A DNA stretch of 64,000 bases, from the NCBI RefSeq assembly GCF_006345805.1, contig NC_043016.1, forward strand, positions 31,930,001 to 31,994,000. The letters run 5' to 3'. This document shows positions 38,651 to 50,921 of the stretch, one piece after another. A model generated the notes under the pieces. It saw only the letters and a program-made list of their open reading frames with translations. It did no database searches and had not been told where the DNA came from. Position numbers and translations under genes: made by a program. How positions within the stretch are numbered: the stretch's first letter is position 1; each line of letters opens with the position of its first letter. Origin of the DNA: Octopus sinensis (lineage: Eukaryota).

Positions 38651-39256
38651 TAATAATAATAATGGTGATAATGATGATGATTTTGTAGCAGACCTTTCCA
38701 ACCATTGTCAGTATGGAATATAGACATTAGTAAGACTGTATTGAAGCTAACAATAATGACATAAACAATGACTATGATGACAATTATAAGAAGGAAGATA
38801 ACGATGATTATTATATTAATCTTTTGAAAAAATGTAGCTTTGAATGTCCATAGTCTGATGTAAGCTATCTTGTATTTTCTTGATTTTCGTCACAAAATCT
38901 GTTTATGTACTTTGTCCTTCTGTGACTGTATTGATGTATGTGTGTATATAGAGAGGTTGAGGGGTAAGGACAAAAAGACAAGGTAAATTTACAATCAGAA
39001 TTATTAAAGTTGGCGCTCGGAAAAATGAGAAGAATGTGTTCAATGTTTCTTCAGAATATGGATGTAAAATGGAAAGAGAAAGGAAGGTAGAAATAACTAA
39101 AGAGAAAAATCCTGGCCAAATAGTGTTCGTTAGTTTATATGGTGGCCATTGAGTGACTAAGTAAGTTGCCCAAGATTTGTATTCTAAGTCAGGAGATGTG
39201 TGAGGGAGGTGAATTGTTTGTTTGCATATGTGTGTAGTGTTTTAAGTACTAAGTAC

Positions 39257-39498
39257 TAGCCGATGTATATACATCTGTTATATTGTTTTGTTGTTTGTGT
39301 AGGACGCCATGATAGATCGTTAGCTCCTACACGCCTTTGTTTCTCTCCTTGTTTCTTTTCTGTGTATCTTTCTGTCGAAGAGTGTAGGCTCGAAACGTAA
39401 AAGACTTGTTCTATTTCTATTCCTGAGCGCCATACCAATACATTTGTTTGTTTGTACTCCACCTGCCTTCGTCTGTTGTTTATTTTCGTAAACCTTCC

Positions 39499-39501
<3 letters not shown>
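39257..39501 (+). mobile_element. Penelope-like terminal-repeat fragment with a degenerate minimal hammerhead motif
   Basis: TCGAAGAGTGTAGGCTCGAAACGTA at 39375-39399 (CUGANGA-like box, short stem II, GAAAC-GUA); CpG-retaining; abuts (TA)n at 39502. Confidence 0.55.
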
Positions 39502-39554
<53 letters not shown>

Positions 39555-39559
39555 ATGTA

Positions 39560-40164
39560 TGTATTTAAGAATGATATATCATGAGGATGGAAGATAAGGA
39601 GAGGAGCTCCAGTGTGTATCCAGTCCTGGAATAAATGCTACTATAGGATAACATCTGGTAGGCCAACAACGAGCTCTTAAATACATCATGAGCTTTTTGC
39701 CCACATTAGTGTATGTGTGTGTGTTGATATGTGGTTGCTTTTGCATGTGCGCCCTGTATATAGAAACAGGAATCCTTATTCCTGTTTCTGGCAGGGGTGT
39801 TCTGCACACATGCACCCACAATCTCTCATCTACACACACATGCGCATACAAGCTCTTATGCGCACATGCTCTTTTAACCCTCACCCAAAAGCACTGGTGC
39901 CACCAATTTCCTGTCCAACCATATGGCCAAACTCCTTTTCTCAAATATCTGCTGTCACTTGCTTACAAAAACTGTGTCATCACTTGATCTTCTTTGACCA
40001 ATTGCAGCCTCTGTGCTGGTAGCCATTTTGGACTTCTTACACCCCCTCATTCATTTCGATTTCTACTGGCCTGAAGAAAGGTCCCCGTTAGGGGCTTTGA
40101 AACTTTAAGTTACACTGATCCCAAATCAAACTGTTTTGAACTATATATATAATTACACAAATGT

Positions 40165-40168
<4 letters not shown>
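39560..40168 (+). mobile_element. Structured Penelope-like or retrozyme-like element with a hammerhead core
   Basis: CTGAAGA (40071-40077), 8-bp stem II, GAAAC (40099-40103), GTT triplet (40109-40111); strong internal hairpins; ends at (TA)n. Confidence 0.55.
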
Positions 40169-40245
<77 letters not shown>

Positions 40246-40635
40246 TACATATATATATATATATACACATACATACATATATAACAGTTCGACCAAATCT
40301 AAGTCATGTGCAACTGCGTCAAACAGTTATTAATTACATGTGACTCGAACTAAATGTGTTGGATGTTATTTTTTTTCATTTGTTTGTCTCTGTGTGTGTG
40401 ATACAAAAAAGATATTAGCAAGTTAATGTTTTATCAATTTTGAATTTAAAAGATAAGCTACTGCTAATTTTGACCCAGGAGATAACCCCCATATTACCAT
40501 GAAATGGTAGCATGGGGATATTGTATCATGTCAGAAGCATAACACATATTTTTAGTTTATGTAAATAGTTCTCAGAGTTATCTGTTTACATAAAATGCCC
40601 TCCTTCTTTTAAATCTACATTGTCATCAGCTACAG

Positions 40636-40680
<45 letters not shown>

Positions 40681-40809
40681 TCACATATATTTATAGGTGT
40701 GTGTGTGTTTTAATAATGACACCAAATTATGGTTGAGAATAGCATATCCATGTATCAATAGTATATATGGACATTCACAGATATATTAGTGTGTGCGTAT
40801 GTATGTATA

Positions 40810-40846
<37 letters not shown>

Positions 40847-41627
40847 TACACACATATTAAAGCTGCTTCAGAGACTCAAGTTTTGTGCCAAGGTACTTGT
40901 CAAACTGGTTTAGTTAGAAAGTTGCATGAAATTTCTAGAGGAAAACTTTTTGCCCAGAAAACATTAAAAATGTCACCTGATAATGCGGAAGTTTGAATTT
41001 TATTTGCTATCAGTGATTGGCCTGCATATAAATAAGCATATGTATATAGCTACTTACATGAAAACAATTAGACCATGCGTATTCATACAAATGTATATAC
41101 ATATATACAAGTGTGCGTTTGTGTATGATGTATACAGGTGTTAGTGGCCAACTGGCAGTTAAGTCATTCCAGGTCCCTGGACTTTCAGTTCAAATTTCAC
41201 TGTGATCAAAGTAGCAACCCTCTACTAAGGTGATTCTTTTTTTATTCCCCTTGCTCAGTCTTTCTCTCTTCTGAAAGAAATCAATTATGGTAAGACCTGG
41301 TGAGGGACTGGCCTTTGTCTCTAAAATAATGACCTTATGCATGTTGCACTGATGTCTCTACAATTCCATCAAGGAGGCAAGGCAGTGTATGTGTGTTTGT
41401 GTCATTTGTTCATTTGTTTATGTCTGCTTTTCTGTACAGGTATGGGTCGGGTGAAGATTTATCGAGGTAGTAGTTTACAGCCAGATGCCTTTCTTGTCAC
41501 CGACCCATAACCCGTTTTTGAAGTAAATGCTTCATTTTCAATACGCAGGTCTTCCTGTTATGTAGAGAAACACGATATTGTTTGCAGGCATATTTACTTT
41601 GTAAACATCACAACTTTTGTATGTGTA

Positions 41628-41661
<34 letters not shown>

Positions 41662-42829
41662 GTGTGTGTGTCTTGGGTCTGTCATTACCTTACGAATTCA
41701 TTGTGCTCACCTTATTCCAGTTTCCACGGCACATAAACAATTGAGAATAAGACACTACCTGCTACTATTTGTATTCATTCATACATGAGTGGAGTAATGG
41801 GAAATGAACTACATGTTGCCCAGTCTTGGGATTGAAACCATGTGTTAATGATTTGCGAGTCCAACACTCTAACTACTAGTTCTTGTGCCTTCACATGTGT
41901 GTGCGTGTGTGTATATGTACACGTCATTATTTCACATCTGCTTTCTATGCTGGCATGGTTTGAATGATTTGGCAAGCTCCAACAAGTCGGATGACCATAT
42001 CTACTTCAGCATCTTAGTTTTGACCTAGTTTCCATGGCTTGATGCTTTCCTAACGTCGACTGCTTTTCTATGGCATCAGAAATTATGAGGTTACCCTGTA
42101 ACTTGCAATACTAAAATATCTTGATAGAGATGCAGAGAAGGAAGTGGCTTTAGGTAAGGAGTTGAAAGGTTAAAGTATGGTAAAAAGGTTTGTTGTCGTG
42201 AAGACTCTTCATGGTTACTCTGCATTATACAAGGCTGGGTCTAAATTGGGTGGAGCTGGGGTAAAGAGAAAACTGAATGTGATGAGGCACCAGCACATAC
42301 CTTCAAGACGCAAGGTGAATGAAACAGAGCATTTGTCTCTGTCTACCTCACTATTCCACCATCACATCACCTTCAGTCTGACTGGAACCTTGCACCAGCC
42401 ACAGATTTAATCCATAACCTTCAAGTTGCCCTGTGGGAACATTTCATATTTATATTTCATAAGTTTGTTTTTCTGTACTGGTGTGAGTTGAGTAAATATT
42501 TATTTGAAGCAATATTTTATAACTGACTTCTTACAGTCACCAATCATTATTCATTTTCAAGTAGCGGACTGTTTTTTTTTTTTTATTCCACCAAATGACT
42601 ACAAGATAAATCGTTTACAGGGTATATATCAAATGTTATCAGCTTTTTGTTTTTGCTTAGATGTTCTCATGTGAAGAAGTGTAAATAACATTTGTATACA
42701 TATATGCAATGATCTTCCACATTCTAATTCCACTCATAGAATATTGAACTATAGTAGTTGTGAAACTGACTTTTTAACCCCATAGCCATTGTTCATCCTC
42801 CTGAGCTTCCTTGTCCTACTGGTGACCCA

Positions 42830-43105
42830 CAGGTGCTGGTACCATGTGAAAAAACAATCATGTTGGTGTCATAAAAAGGTGCTCGTACCAGTGTTACATA
42901 ATAAGCACCCATGTCAATGCCACATTATAAACACTTGGTACACTCTGTAAAGTGGTTGGCATTAGACAGGACATCAAGCTGTAGAAACCAGACCAAGACA
43001 GATGACTGGAACCTGGTGCAGGCCTTTGTCTTGTCCCTTCCACTCTAACCGTCCAACCCATATCAGCATGAAAAATGGACATTAAATGACGATGATTATG
43101 ATGAT
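42830..43105 (+). mobile_element. RTE-LINE 3' tail (family B)
   Basis: GTGGTTGGCATTAGACAGGACATCAAGCTGTAGAAACC...GGACATTAAATGACGATG. Confidence 0.8.
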
Positions 43106-43429
43106 AAAATTTTAATCCAGAAAAATATATTAAATTTCCAGGACAGAAGTGGTAACTGCCAGTTTTATATCTGTATTTCTAAGGAAATTATTTTGGCATT
43201 TTGTCAAGGTGAAAAATTTATCCATGTTGGGCTGGAATTAGATCAAAAACAGCATTGCATCTATCTGGAAATTGTCTCCCTCTCTTTCAAAACAGACTCT
43301 GTATGCTGGAAACTTGGAATTACAAAAAAGAAGTATTTTAATATGTAAATTAAAATGCATGAAACTACAACTTCATTGGCAATCTACACATGTCTACTAG
43401 CCAAGTTGACATTTCAATTCATTAATATG

Positions 43430-43990
43430 CAGACTCCTTCTAACGGCCACTTATATGTGGTCATCTGGACCAAGTTGGACAGGTTGTAATCTACACTTAG
43501 TTCCTTGGTAACCATCAAATTACAGAGCCAGGTACACTGTCAAAGTCTGTCTCAAAATGATGAATGCTAAGTATAGGAGCATATTCGTAGTGAAGTACCT
43601 CTGCACTTGGAAGATGGCATTGGTAGTACATCTTGCTGATACAAATCTAAACATCATTTCATCTAAGTTTATGCTGTGTCAGTATTACCATGATTTTCTT
43701 GGACTAGTCCAATAATTTGATGCCTCTATAATTGTCTCTGTCTCTCTAATGCATCTCTTTCACCCTTATAGCAGTCAACAATCCTGCTGCTATGCCAGTC
43801 ATTGGGTATGATACTTTCCTGTTCTATCTAATTGGTTGTGTGAATGACTAGCATGTACCCTATTTTGACAGATATTTTAAACATTCAACAACTCTCCCCC
43901 ATGGATCAACTTCCTATATTTCTTTAATTGCACTTGTGAACTACACTGTTGACAAATTGGATGGCTAGTTCCTTGTGAGTTTTACTTACA
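43430..43990 (-). mobile_element. Decayed RTE LINE RT fragment
   Basis: Minus-strand CYKGERDAL..NYRGIKLLD..INLDEMMFRFVSARCTTNAIF..LYLAFI. Confidence 0.8.
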
Positions 43991-44225
43991 GTAGACCCTT
44001 TTTCTTCCATGCATTCTCTTCACTCAACAACTCATCATATCACTTAGGCTGCCTTCTTTTCATTACTGCTAAGTGTGATATTATCATTCTATATACACTT
44101 CGAACCATTGGCATCTTGATTTTTTCCCTCATACACTTTTTTCAATCCAAAGTACTTGATTCATCTGTGTACCACTATTTTGGGGCAATGAAATATCACA
44201 AAATGACAGACAGACAGACAGACAG

Positions 44226-44273
<48 letters not shown>

Positions 44274-44279
44274 TCTGTT

Positions 44280-44625
44280 ATTCTTTTATACGTTGCAGTC
44301 ATTTGACTGTGGCCATACTGGAGCACCACCTTAAAGGGTTTTAGTCAATGTAATCAACTTCAGGACTTGTCCTTTGTAAGCCTAGGACTTATTCTATTGG
44401 TCTCTTTTCCTGAACTGCTAAGTTATGGGGATGTAAACACACCATCAGTTGTCAAGCAATGGTGAGGGGACAGACAGACATACACATATATACATGACAG
44501 GCTTTTTTCAGTTTCCGTCTACCAAATCCACGTATTGGTCAACCCTAGGTGATAGTATAGAAGACACTTGTCCAAGGTGCCACGCAATAGGACTGAACTT
44601 AGAACCATGTAGTTGAAGAGCAACC
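44280..44625 (-). mobile_element. tRNA-head SINE, family A
   Basis: Aligns with the other family A copies. Confidence 0.85.
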
Positions 44626-44659
44626 ATGTACACATCTATAAGTGTGGGCTTTTCTTTAA

Positions 44660-44873
44660 CCCTTTAGTATTCAGATTTTTCTGTCAGATGTAAGACTCAT
44701 TCACATTGTTTTAAACTAATTATGCATTATTTTGTAGCTTCAAGATTTTGATGATGTGGTTGTTTATGTTTAGAATGACATTATAGGGTAGGTGTGAGAA
44801 ACAAGATTTGGCTGTGATCATAAAACAAAGAGAATGTTTGGGCTGGATATGGCCAGTTTAAACGTTGAAAGGG
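44660..44873. mobile_element. piggyBac-type MITE, second copy
   Basis: TTAA|CCCTTTAGTATT ... AACGTTGAAAGGG|TGAA; the body aligns with 32551-32770. Confidence 0.8.
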
Positions 44874-46244
44874 TGAAGGTAATCGTTCGAGAAAAGTGCA
44901 GTAATTTAAACTGAAACTAGCAATAATAGAAAATACAAAAATTAACAATCCTGCATTATAAAAACCAATAATACTTAAAACTAAGTAAATCTTATACCAT
45001 ACACTAACTTTATTTTGTTTTCAAAATGGTTTCGAGGGTCAGAGATTGTATGTTAAGCATATTGCAGCTTATATCTTAATTGTTTGACTCTTCTAGAACA
45101 ATCACATATTTACCTGCATTCATCAATTTTTCCCTTGAAAACTTTCTTACTTTTTTGTAAATGACTCATTCCTTTTGTAAATAAATGTCTTGCTTCCAAC
45201 AATGCTAGCTTAATAAGTTAACTGACTGTTTTTAATGATGTTGGTGAGAAATAAAAACACACTATGACAAACTATTTCAAATCATTTACTTGTTTTGGTC
45301 TAGTAAGAATTTATTCCCCCATTCACCACTACCACCCCAAAACAGACTATGAATTTTTCAGTTTTGATAAATTGAGATTCTGTGTTACTTTGTCATTACA
45401 TCTTACACATTTAGCTTGTCTTGGTCTCTTGTCTTAACAATTGTCATGGACAGAATTATGTCTCTGTTTGTAAATATTTCTTCTGGAAACTTTCAAATAA
45501 AAATTATTTTTGTTGAGTTTTTGTAAAATGTGTCTATTGAAACAGTTCCATCTTTGGCTGTAAGAGTGCACCTGTTGTATAAAATTGACACATAATTGCT
45601 CTTTTTATTTCTAGCCCAACTTGATTTTGATGACGTACATACTCAGTTTTATCACTTGTTACAGAACAACTATTAAGTGAGGATATTTTTTGAAACTCCC
45701 AGCATTTTATTTTTATGCATTTCTTGAGCAATTTTTGGGTGTTTTGAACATCGGACATTTCGGTTGTAGTAATTTTTTTATTATTATACCATATATATAG
45801 CTTAATAAAATGTTAATTGTTAAATAAAATAATTGGAAAAATTTCCCTATAAGATTTTAATTAACATTTTTATATTAAACAGTTTTCACATATTAGGCAA
45901 CATATTGACTGGATGAAATTCTTTTGTGTTATTACCTACTATAAGCAGGTTGGAACAAATAAAGTTTTAAGAAGTTTGTTCTTGCTGCAGTGTATATACA
46001 TGCAAACAGAAGTATGTAGCAATATATAAACTGAAACATTTTATCATTTTATTGGTTCCATTTTTATATTTTTTTTTACTGTATAGTTTTGATCTGTATG
46101 TAAGATAGTAAACAACTTTGCACAATACAATCTTTGGACATAGATACAACTTATCTGAATATTACTTTCGAAAAATGGGTAACATTTAGTTTCCAAGCAT
46201 CCATAAATTCCAGATTTAAAAATCTGGTGTGATAGAATACGTTT

Positions 46245-46690
46245 TTATTTACCAAGGCCTTTTCCCCCAGAAGAGGGGGTAGCCACAAGACACATACGAG
46301 ACATTTAATTCATTTCCCATCTCAAAGAGGTGAGCCCTGTCCTATGCTCGGGTCAAGGCAGAGAAAGCAAACCCCAATATCAGCAATGGAGCCCGACAAC
46401 TTCAGCTGGTTTACTCCTGCCACATCATGCTGGTTCCGTACCCCTTTGAGCAACATCAAATTTACTCATCTGTCCACAAACACTCTCCAAGCTTTCCTAT
46501 CATTAATAAACTCTCTCGCTTCTCTTACTCCAACACCTCTAACCACCAAGGCTTTCCTCACTCCATCCATCCACACAAACCGATGTCTGCCTCTGGTTCT
46601 GCTGCCTACCACTTCTGCCTTCATCACTATCCTTACCATCCACTCCTCATCCATCCTCTTCATGTGGCCAAACCCCCTCGACATTCATCT
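46245..46690 (-). mobile_element. 3' end of a different RTE-clade LINE
   Basis: ORF 46466-46684: FGHMKRMDEEWMVRIVMKAEVVGSRTRGRHRFVWMDGVRKAL...DRKAWR, a typical RTE C-terminus, followed by a distinct 3' UTR. Confidence 0.85.
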
Positions 46691-46969
46691 ATCTTTCATT
46701 CCTGAATTAATGCTGTATTTTTTACAACTGGATTTTGTGAGTGAATGTAAAGTATGTAATAAACTCAAAAGGATGTTGATACTTAACTTTCAATTTAGTG
46801 AGATTAAATATATACTTTATTAATTTATAAAGTCAGATCAAATTTATTTAACAATAATTTTTTTTTTCACTTTGTATCTAGACTTGAAATAATTTTCTTC
46901 AACAGGGACTGTGTTATTCTATAGTTCTTGTCTTAAAACATGTACATCCTCAAATTACAGCATCATCAT

Positions 46970-47150
46970 TTAATGTCTGTTGTGCATGCTGGCATTGGCT
47001 GGATGGTGTGGCCAGAGCTGGCAATTTTTTTTTTTTTTGTGGAGGTGGGGGCGCATCAGACTCCAGTCTGCTTTGGCGTGGTTTCTATGACTGGATTCCC
47101 TTCCTAATGCTGACCACTTTAAAGTGTGTTGGCTGCTTTTAGCACACTCT
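46970..47150 (-). mobile_element. RTE-LINE 3' tail (family B)
   Basis: CATCATTTAATGTCTG...GCATGCTGGCATTGGCTGGATGG...CCCTTCCTAATGCTGACCAC. Confidence 0.75.
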
Positions 47151-48319
47151 GTGAAGTAGTTGGTATTAGGAAGAGCAAACAACTATTGCAATGGCAAGAA
47201 GGATTTTAAACAAAAATAAGGAATCTATTTTAGATACACAGAATATCAAAATGTTTTTGTTAATGCCTGTGTGTATGTATGTACTCTTTTAAAGTCCTCA
47301 GCAGGATGTCCTCTATTTTAAATGTATAGATTGTTTGGAGTCCCAACAATCCTTAAACCAGCTTTGAACACACCTCTCCTTGACATATTTATTAGTTACT
47401 AAATCATTTCCATCCATCATCATATCACCTTTGTTGGCACACAGCACAAGAAACAAGATAAATATAAAATTAGAATTTTCTTTGTCTTGGTCAGCTGCAG
47501 TTCTCATTAAAAAATGAGCTTAAAACAAGGTTTAGTCTTTTTTGGATCCATTATTGTCTAACTCCCATAGAAATTATTAGCTTTTAAAGAAATCATTTTA
47601 TATAAGTAGTTAGTGAAATTTTTCTGAGTGCATTTTTATCTGCGAGTAAAGTAGAGCCATGTTCAAGAAAACTCAAATAAAACTTATATCTTTTGTACCA
47701 GTTTGCTGGCTGGTATTTTGAAAATATTTGTATATTAAAAAAAAATTGTTTGTCTATTGTTGATAATGAAGAATTGTTATAATTATTTAATTACTTTTAA
47801 ATCATATGCACTGGACTATACAGCTGCTTTTTTTTTCTGGTTCTAGAATGATTTTTGATAGAGCTGTATTTGTCACATCTCATTTCATGACTGAATCACT
47901 TATCTCTTGGTTTATCTCTCTGCCTCATCCACTTAAGTATCAGATTATGCCATTTTATCACTTAAGACACATTGTTCTTGCTCATCCTATGAGCAAACTT
48001 CTATCAAAGAATTAAAAAAACCTAAATAAATTATTCACCCATAGAAAACATGTAAGTATTGCTTTACAGACAGCTAATACTACTATCTCCTTGCTTAGCT
48101 GAGTTTGAGTAATCTAAAATCCCTTAATTTAGGAGATAATCATGTACTGTGGATTATGCAATGAAAAAAAAAAGAGTTGTGTAAACCTGATTAATCTGTT
48201 AATGGTAAATATTAAAGATTTAGAATTCTCAGATGTTCAATTTAAATTATGACATTAAAGCTAGTGTATTAACTTGACAAAACAATTATTAAAGTTGAAT
48301 GATTGCTACTATCAAGTGT

Positions 48320-48650
48320 GAAGGTACATGGCTAAATGGTTAGGGTAACCAGCTCACAATCGTAAGGTTGGGAGTTTGATTCCTGGCAGCATGGCATGTC
48401 CATGAGCAAGGCATTTTATTTCACGTTGCTCCAGTGCATTCAGCTGGCAAAAATGAGTTGTACCAGTAATTCAAAGGGCCAGCCATGTCACACTCTGTAT
48501 CATGCTGAATCTCCCTGAGAACTATGTTAAAGATACACATGTTTGTGGAGTGCTCAGCCTCTTGCACAGTAATTTCATATGCAGGCTGTTCCATTCATCG
48601 GATCAACTGAAACCCTCGTCGCTGTAACCGACAGAGTACCACTATAGTAC
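48320..48650 (+). mobile_element. tRNA-head SINE, family D variant
   Basis: TGGCTAAATGG (A box)...GAGTTTGATTCC (B-like), then GAGCAAGGCATTTTATTTCACGTTGCTCCAG. Confidence 0.8.
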
Positions 48651-48804
48651 ACTATCAAGTGTTAGTTGTTTCATAATGCATAGTAAATAATATTAGGGAC
48701 TCTGCTTCAGTGTAAGAAAGCTTTGATCCTCTCCAACCTTCTTTCTTCTGGTGCAGTTGAACTTGGCACTGCAGCCTAATGAGATGCTTATCTTCTGTCT
48801 TTTG

Positions 48805-48971
48805 TCTTTTACTTGTTTTCAATCATTAGACTTAGACTGTGGCCATGCTGGGGCACTGCATTGAAAAATTTTTTTAAAGCCTGGTACTTATTCTATTGGT
48901 CTCTTTTGCTGAACTGCTATGTTACAGGGATGTAAGCATACCAACACTGGTTGTCAAACAGTGGTGGTAGT

Positions 48972-49020
<49 letters not shown>

Positions 49021-49375
49021 CAAGCTTCTTTCAGTTTCCATCTACTAAATCCTCTCACAAGGGTTTGATCGGCCTGAGGCTATAGCAGAAGACACTTACC
49101 CAAGGTGCCACACAATGGGACTGAACCTGGAACTATGTGGTTGGGAAGAAAGCTTCTTACCACTGAGTCACGCCTGTGAGTATGCATGTAAGTATATATG
49201 CATGTATGTATATATACAACAAGCTTCTTTCTGTTTCTGTCTGCCAAATCCACTCACAAGGCTTTGGTCAGCCCAAGGCTATAGTAGAAGACTCTTAAGG
49301 TACCATGTAGTGGGACTGAGTCTGGAACTATGTGGTTGGCAAGCAAACTTCTTAACTTCTTACCGCACAGCTACT
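48805..49375 (-). mobile_element. Family A SINE plus a second, tandem head-only copy
   Basis: Full copy at about 48805-49180 and a repeated head at about 49208-49375. Confidence 0.85.
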
Positions 49376-50206
49376 ACACCTTACATTATTTTTTTATCAG
49401 AACCTTAGATACAGCATGACTACAATAGAATGTGAGCCCCACCCCAACTCTTTTGCCTGTCTATAACTCTCCTCAAATTACCTATTCCAATAATTGATAT
49501 TATCCAAATTTACAAGACTAGACATGAAACACTTTTTTTACACATTCACTCAATGCTGGCTCATATAACTTGAATCTTTTCCATGCTAGTTACACACATG
49601 ACCTTTTTGATCTTTATAATCTTGATCATTATTTCAGTGATTTTTTTTTCTTTTTTTTTTTCCCCACAGTTGTTTGGACAGTTCTGCATAACAAACAAAT
49701 GTTCTGACTTCTCTGTAAAGTTCAAAATTTCTCAGGTTTTCATGTAGTCTAACCTCACTGTGGTACTTCCACTTATTGGTGCCACTTCTATCAATGTGAT
49801 TCTACATATTGATTGCATATTCAGATACTTTTTCAATTGACTAATACTTGTTTAATTTTCTCTCACTTGTTTCTCATAGTAAAATTTTGGTGATCATTTT
49901 GAAACTTCAAATATTTTTGTTACCAATATGTTGTTTTCATAAATTTTAAGACTATTGAAAAGGTTGCAAGACACAACAAAAAGAAAATTTTAGGAAAATA
50001 AAAATAAGAAATAAGTGGAAATTTTACTGGTCAGTGTGTTAAATTATAAGGCACAAAAACAAAATGACTCGCCCCAGACACAACAGAATGTACTTCAACA
50101 CACGAACTCACATAAAGAATCTTGCAAACCAAATCCAAAAACAAAATATAATTTTAAAGTTTCTCCTAAATTATACTTTTTTTGTTTGAGCTGAACTCAC
50201 TTAGAC

Positions 50207-50310
50207 CAGTGTTTTTCAACTGGGGTCCATATGGCCCATATATGATTTTGTTAAAATTTATCGGTAACAAATTGGTTATTCTATAATACACAAAATATTA
50301 ATTTTTTTTT
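50207..50310 (-). mobile_element. hAT family H1 terminal fragment
   Basis: CAGTGTTTTTCAACTGGGGTCCATAT...AAAATTTAT matches the terminus at 26531. Confidence 0.6.
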
Positions 50311-50344
50311 TTTATACAATTTCTAATCATCTTAATCATTCTCA

Positions 50345-50610
50345 TTGTCATTATCATCAGCATTTAATATCTGTTTTCCATGCTGGCATGGGCAAGCTGG
50401 TTTGACTTGAGCTAGTAAGCTCAAAAGCTGCACCAAGTTCCAGTCTGTTTTGGCTTGGTTTCTACTACTGGATGCCCTTCCTAGTGCCAACCATAGCGTA
50501 GGGGGTGCCTTTCATGCATCACCAGCATGGGTGCCTTTTCCATGTCACCGGCACAGGTGTCTTTTATGTGCCACCATCATGGGTGCCTTTTACGTGTTAC
50601 TAACACTAGC
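50345..50610 (-). mobile_element. Family B tail with an internal 4 x 26-nt array
   Basis: Units at 50503, 50529, 50555 and 50581; consensus GGGTGCCTTTTACGTGCCACCGGCAC. Confidence 0.8.
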
Positions 50611-50812
50611 TACAACTAAGATTTCACTTAGCTTTTTTCACATGGCTATGAAAGCCCAGTAGAGTAAAATAGAAACCAAAGGGGTCTATTGGTAAAAAAT
50701 GGTTGGCACCTACTGGCTTGGAGTATTCTATATAAATTTTGTTTCAAGAAATTCCGTGTTGCAATTCACTGTACCTCACTTAACACATACTCATTTCTTT
50801 TTTTGTCTTCAG

Positions 50813-50921
50813 ATCACAATACGACTAATATTAGTCAGTGGGAAAACAAAAGAGTTTATATTTTCTCCTAATGATTCAGCTGCTGACATTACAGAATATG
50901 TTTATAGTAATTGGCCAGAAG
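50813..50921 (+). CDS. UBL3: UBL3 coding exon 2 (ITIRLILVSGKTKEFIFSPNDSAADITEYVYSNWPE + 1 nt)
   Basis: Polypyrimidine tract and TTCAG acceptor at 50811-50812, 109-nt open frame, donor GTAAGT at 50922. The peptide closely matches the UBL3 N-terminal ubiquitin fold (RLILVSGKTKEFLFSPNDSA). Confidence 0.97.

Noticed and set aside
41464-41480. 13-nt identity to let-7-family sequence (GAGGTAGTAGTTT)
   Set aside because: It lies in the loop rather than the stem of the local hairpin, lacks the 5' U, and aligns with a decayed family B repeat (compare 55360-55420); most likely coincidence.
50503-50606. CRISPR-like periodic 26-nt repeats
   Set aside because: Head-to-tail units with no unique spacers, no cas genes, a eukaryotic intron context, and located inside a LINE tail.
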